64,000 nucleotides of DNA from an uncultured delta proteobacterium (GTDB taxonomy: Bacteria; Myxococcota_A; Polyangia; Polyangiales; JAFGIB01), in the NCBI GenBank assembly GCA_963778655.1, contig CAVZVA010000011.1:352001-416000 (forward strand), written 5' to 3'. Of this stretch, positions 59,837-64,000 are shown one piece after another. A model generated the notes under the pieces. It had not been told where the DNA came from. It did no database searches and was given only the letters and a program-made list of their open reading frames with translations. A program made the translations under genes and the position numbers. Position 1 is the stretch's first letter. Each line of letters opens with the position of its first letter.

Positions 59837-62800
59837 GTGAAGCAAGGCCAAAGCCATAGCGTCCCAGCGCCCGACAAGCTGGCCGGGCGCTATGTGGTCG
59901 AAGCGGTCCTGGGACGCGGCGGAATGGCGGTGGTCTATCGCGTGCGCGACCAGGCCGGCGGCAGCCGGCTCGCCCTCAAACAGCTGCGTGCCGGCGAGCG
60001 CGCTCGCGAGCGGATCACGCGGCTGTTCCAGCACGAGTACCAGGCGCTCTCCGACCTGGCCCACCCGCGCATCGTGCGCGTGCTCGACTACGGGGTCGAT
60101 GATCGGCAGCCGTACTATACGATGGAGCTGCTCGAAGGGGAGGACCTCGCGCAGGGCGGGTCGCTCGCTTGGCGCGACGCCTGCGCGTTGCTGCGGGACG
60201 TGGCGGTGGCGCTCGCCGTGGTCCACTCCCGGCGCCTGGTGCATCGGGACGTGACGCCGCGCAACGTTCGGCGCGGCGAAGACGGGCGCGCGAAGCTGAT
60301 CGACTTTGGCGCGCTCTCGCCGATGGGCACCAGCGCGCCGCTGGTGGGGACGCCTGCCTTCGTCCCACCGGAGGCCCTGCATGGGCAGCCGCTCGACGGA
60401 CGCACCGACCTGTACGCGCTCGGCGCGCTGGCGTACTTCCTGCTCACCGGCCGCCACGCCTACCCCGCGAGGCGTTTCGACGAGCTGCGCGAGCGCTGGC
60501 GCAGCGATCTGGCCGCCCCGTCGGCGCTCGTGCCCGAGCTGCCCGAAGCGCTGAGCGCGCTGGTGCTCGCGCTGCTCAGCCTCGACCTCCTGCGCAGACC
60601 CACCACGGCGTGGGAGGTCATCGACAGGCTGGAAGCGATCGCGGGCCTTGCGCCCGAACAGTCGCGGAGCGCGCGCCCGGGCCTGCTGACCCCGATGCTG
60701 GTCGGGCGCGAGCAGGCCCTGACCGAGGCACGCGGGCGCCTGGTGCGCACGCTGGGCGGTCCGGGCACGGTGCTGTGGACCCAAGGGCCGGCCGGCGCGG
60801 GGCGCAGGCGACTGCTCTCGACCCTGGTGCTCGAGGCACGCCTGCTCGGCTTGATCACGGCGCGCGCCGACGGGGACGCGGGACGCGCCGGGGATTTCGG
60901 CGTGATGGCCGAGTTGGTCCAGGAGCTGCGCGCGACCGCGGGCGCTGCGGGACGCGAGCTGCCGCCGGAGCTCGAGCGCCTGCTGCAGCCGAGCGACGAA
61001 CCGCAATCGCCGGAACAGCGCGCCCGCAGGCTGGCCGAGGGACGCACGCTGCTGGTGCACTGGCTGCTGCAGGTCGCGGATGCGCGCGGGCTGCTGCTGG
61101 CGGTGGACGCTGCGCACACGGCCGACCCGGCATCGGCCGCGGTGCTGCGCGAGCTCACCCAGGCCGCGCCCCGGCACAAGCTGGCGGTCGCGCTCAGCCT
61201 TGCCGAGGACGAGCCCGAATCGGCGCGGTGGGTGCCGATGCTGAGGCGCGACTCGCCTGCGATCGCGCTGCAACCGCTGAGCGAGCCCGAGACCGAGGCG
61301 ATGCTGGGCTCGGTGTTCGGCGAGGCCGCCCACCTCAAGGTGCTGAGCCACGTGGTCCACGGCCTGGCGCAGGGCAACCCGGGCACGACCATGGGGCTGG
61401 CGCAGCAGCTGCTGGACCAGGGCGCGGTGCGCTACGAGGCAGGGCGCTGGGTGCTGCCGAGCGATCCGCGAAAGCTGGGCCTGCCGGGCACGCTCAAGGA
61501 AGCGCTGGCCGCGCGCGTGCTCGGGCTCGGCCAGGACGCGCGCACGCTGGCCGAGGGGCTCGCGCTGATCGACCCGATGGGGCCGATCCGAACGGAGCAC
61601 TACGCGCAGCTGCTCGACCCGGGCTCCCGCAGCCGCTGGTTCATCGCGCTCGACGCGCTGGTGCGAGCCGACGTGCTGCGCGTGCAGGCCGAGAGCTACG
61701 CGTTCAGCCATCCCGCGCTCGCCGGTGCGCTGCGCGAGGCGCTCGCGCCCGAGCGCGCCCGGGAGCTGCACGTGCGGCTGGCGGCGATCTACGCGGACGA
61801 GCCCTATCGCGACGTGTTCATGCAGGGCTGGCACCTGCAGCAGGCAGGGCACCCGGCGCGCGCCGCCGAGCTGCTGGCGCGCCGCGCGCAACAGCTCAAC
61901 AACCCCGAGGCGCTCTCGCGCCTGAACGCGCGCTACAAGCTGGCCAGACGCGCATACCTCTCTGCCCTGCAGCACTACGACACGGCGGGCGGGGCGATCC
62001 GCGCGCGCTTCGAGCTGCGGCGCTCGCTGGTCAACCTGGCCGCATACTACGACCCGCGCCTGGTGCGCCACGCGCTGCCGGTGATCGATCAGCTCGTGCG
62101 CGACACCGGGCTCGTCTACTGGTCGGAGCTGGCGCCGACGCCGGACCCGAGCGCCCGCGTTCGGCAGTGCCTGGCGCACGCCAAGCGCTGCTGGGAGCAG
62201 ACGCCCGAAACCGAGCGCTGCCTGCCGCCGGACGAGGCGGTGCCCGCCCTCGCCTACCTGGTGATGGCGCTCTCCGGCGGCTACGGCCGCACGCTCGATC
62301 TGGTCGGTCTGGAGACGCTGCCGCCGCTGATCGAGCCCTTCCGCACGCTTTCGCCCGCGCTCGACCTGCTGGCCGAGGTGGTGCTGGCCGCGCTCGACGG
62401 CGCCCGCGGCCTCGAGAGCACCCCACGCCGGGCCGCGATCCTCAAGCGCATCGAGCACGACCCGGCCTTGCGCGGCAACGCAACGGTCCTGGCCACCGCG
62501 AACGCGACCCGCTACTACCTGGGTGTGTGGGAAGCCCGCGGGGGCGGGCGCAAGACGATCGAGCGAGCCGACGAGATCGACCGTCGCAACAAGGAGTGGG
62601 AGCAACTATTCCCGGCGAGCGTCGGCTTCGGCCACTACCGCGGCTGGCACGTGCGACTGCTCGGCCACCTGTACAACGGCGACGTGCGCCGCGCCAAGCT
62701 CTGCCGCCAGCACATCGAGCTGCTGCAGCTCGACGGCCTCGACGCGCTGGTGACGCCGAACGTGCGTATGGGCGCCTACCACGAGGCGCACGCCCACGCG

Positions 62801-63922
62801 CTGGTCGGATCGCTGCCGGAGCTGCGCGACACGATCGACGTGATCGCGGAGCTGAGCGAAGACAGCCCCTCCTGGCTGCCGGTGCTGGCCTGGGCGCGCG
62901 GCGAGTACCAACGGCTGCGCGGCAACCTGGGCGGCGCCCGCGCCGAGCTGGAGCTGGCGCTGCAACAGACCGCGCCCGGCCGCCACCTGATCTGGATGTG
63001 GGCGACCACCAGCCTGGTCGACGTGCTGCGGCAGGATGGAGAGCCGGAGGTGGCGCACGAGCTCGGGCAGCGCGCGCTGGGCTGGGCCGAAGAGCTGGAT
63101 CTGGCGCGCACCGCGCGCCGCGACCTCGAGCGGGCGCTCGCGCTGGCGGAAGCCGAGATCGGAGCGCTCGAGAGCGCCGCCTATCGGCTCGACACGGCGA
63201 TCGCCGCGGCTTCGGCCGCGAACATGGGCGGCGTGCCGCTGGCGCGGCTGCACGAAGCGCGCGCTCAGGTCGCCGTGCTCGCCGGGGATCCCGCGGCGTT
63301 CGAGCTGCACGAACGCGCGACTGCGCAGTGCTACCGCCAGGGCCGGCACCCGGCCTTGGTCGCCAGGCACGCGCACCTGCTCGACCTCGCCGAGCTGGCG
63401 GCCCTGCGCCCGACGGCTGGCAGCCAGGACGACGGCGGCGCTGCCGCGGCGCGCGACGCGGGCCTGCACACCGTGCACACCGCGATGGCGAGCTGCAAGA
63501 CGCCGGACCAGCGTGCCGCACGCGCGCTTTCGCTGCTGGTGGAGCACGCCGGCGCCTCGCACGGGCACCTGTTCACCGCGCAGGAACACGGGCTGCAGGT
63601 GCGCGCGTCGTTCACCGGTGAGCCGCCGCCGGAGGCGCTGGTGCGCGCGCTCGAGCTGCTCGCGCAGCGGGAGCTGGAGGACCTCACGGCGGTGTTCGGG
63701 GCGATCGGCGACGAGCTCGGACGGATCGATCTCGGCGATGGCTCGGTCTTTCATCCACTCTGGCTGCGCAGCACGCAAAAGGACGGTGAGACGCTCGCCG
63801 GCGTGGCCGCCCTGTGCTGCCCGGCCGAGCACGCGCCGCGGGTCTCGTGGCGCTTGCAGGAGGCGATCAGCGACTACCTGCTCGACGCCGGCGACGTCAG
63901 CTCGCTGCTCACGATCGGCTGA
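59837..63922 (+). CDS. Ser/Thr kinase + degenerate P-loop ATPase + TPR-like repeats + GAF-like tail
   Basis: GRGGMA, LALK, HRDVTPRN, DFG and PPE; degenerate Walker A GPAGAGRR; AQGNPG. Start uncertain. Confidence 0.9.
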   Translation: MKQGQSHSVPAPDKLAGRYVVEAVLGRGGMAVVYRVRDQAGGSRLALKQLRAGERARERITRLFQHEYQALSDLAHPRIVRVLDYGVDDRQPYYTMELLEGEDLAQGGSLAWRDACALLRDVAVALAVVHSRRLVHRDVTPRNVRRGEDGRAKLIDFGALSPMGTSAPLVGTPAFVPPEALHGQPLDGRTDLYALGALAYFLLTGRHAYPARRFDELRERWRSDLAAPSALVPELPEALSALVLALLSLDLLRRPTTAWEVIDRLEAIAGLAPEQSRSARPGLLTPMLVGREQALTEARGRLVRTLGGPGTVLWTQGPAGAGRRRLLSTLVLEARLLGLITARADGDAGRAGDFGVMAELVQELRATAGAAGRELPPELERLLQPSDEPQSPEQRARRLAEGRTLLVHWLLQVADARGLLLAVDAAHTADPASAAVLRELTQAAPRHKLAVALSLAEDEPESARWVPMLRRDSPAIALQPLSEPETEAMLGSVFGEAAHLKVLSHVVHGLAQGNPGTTMGLAQQLLDQGAVRYEAGRWVLPSDPRKLGLPGTLKEALAARVLGLGQDARTLAEGLALIDPMGPIRTEHYAQLLDPGSRSRWFIALDALVRADVLRVQAESYAFSHPALAGALREALAPERARELHVRLAAIYADEPYRDVFMQGWHLQQAGHPARAAELLARRAQQLNNPEALSRLNARYKLARRAYLSALQHYDTAGGAIRARFELRRSLVNLAAYYDPRLVRHALPVIDQLVRDTGLVYWSELAPTPDPSARVRQCLAHAKRCWEQTPETERCLPPDEAVPALAYLVMALSGGYGRTLDLVGLETLPPLIEPFRTLSPALDLLAEVVLAALDGARGLESTPRRAAILKRIEHDPALRGNATVLATANATRYYLGVWEARGGGRKTIERADEIDRRNKEWEQLFPASVGFGHYRGWHVRLLGHLYNGDVRRAKLCRQHIELLQLDGLDALVTPNVRMGAYHEAHAHALVGSLPELRDTIDVIAELSEDSPSWLPVLAWARGEYQRLRGNLGGARAELELALQQTAPGRHLIWMWATTSLVDVLRQDGEPEVAHELGQRALGWAEELDLARTARRDLERALALAEAEIGALESAAYRLDTAIAAASAANMGGVPLARLHEARAQVAVLAGDPAAFELHERATAQCYRQGRHPALVARHAHLLDLAELAALRPTAGSQDDGGAAAARDAGLHTVHTAMASCKTPDQRAARALSLLVEHAGASHGHLFTAQEHGLQVRASFTGEPPPEALVRALELLAQRELEDLTAVFGAIGDELGRIDLGDGSVFHPLWLRSTQKDGETLAGVAALCCPAEHAPRVSWRLQEAISDYLLDAGDVSSLLTIG

Positions 63923-63946
63923 TGAGCGGCGCGCCTCGCGCGTTCT

Positions 63947-64000
63947 TCAGACTCGCTCGAGCACCGCCGCGGTGCCGAGCCCGCCGGCCGCGCAGATCCC
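63947..64000 (-). CDS. C-terminus of a thiolase (acetyl-CoA acyltransferase); rest is off the right edge
   Basis: Manual translation GICAAGGLGTAAVLERV* matches the thiolase C-terminal active-site Cys motif. Confidence 0.8.
   Translation of the reverse strand, partial: GICAAGGLGTAAVLERV

Overview
High-GC bacterial DNA, most likely Myxococcota (Polyangiales-like). This is inferred from a MYXO-CTERM-like tail, four Hanks-type kinase or pseudokinase genes, an AgmX/PglI-like C-terminal domain and giant Cys-rich lipoproteins. The window holds about 45 CDSs. Housekeeping-type genes include ribB (partial), a cardiolipin synthase, glgP, an acyl-CoA synthetase, an SDR, a Nudix hydrolase, a desaturase, three ABC systems, TerC, ThrE and the 3' end of a thiolase. 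I saw no rRNA, tRNA, CRISPR array, transposase or integrase. Best leads: (1) a three-gene surface redox-like operon encoding a DUF2271-like lipoprotein with a candidate FMN-attachment motif, a CX4CH lipoprotein and a CxxCH/reeler-like MYXO-CTERM protein; (2) an operon encoding a cNMP-binding domain fused to a ThrRS-N-like/uridine kinase, followed by a TSUP transporter and DUF1634; (3) an unknown class I isoprenoid-synthase-fold gene translationally coupled to ribB; (4) several non-autonomous hairpin elements (MITE/REP-like), two of which sit directly against copies of the same palindrome; (5) a kinase gene with atypical codon usage flanked by gene remnants. All family assignments come from motif recognition by eye, not from database searches, and start codons are best guesses.
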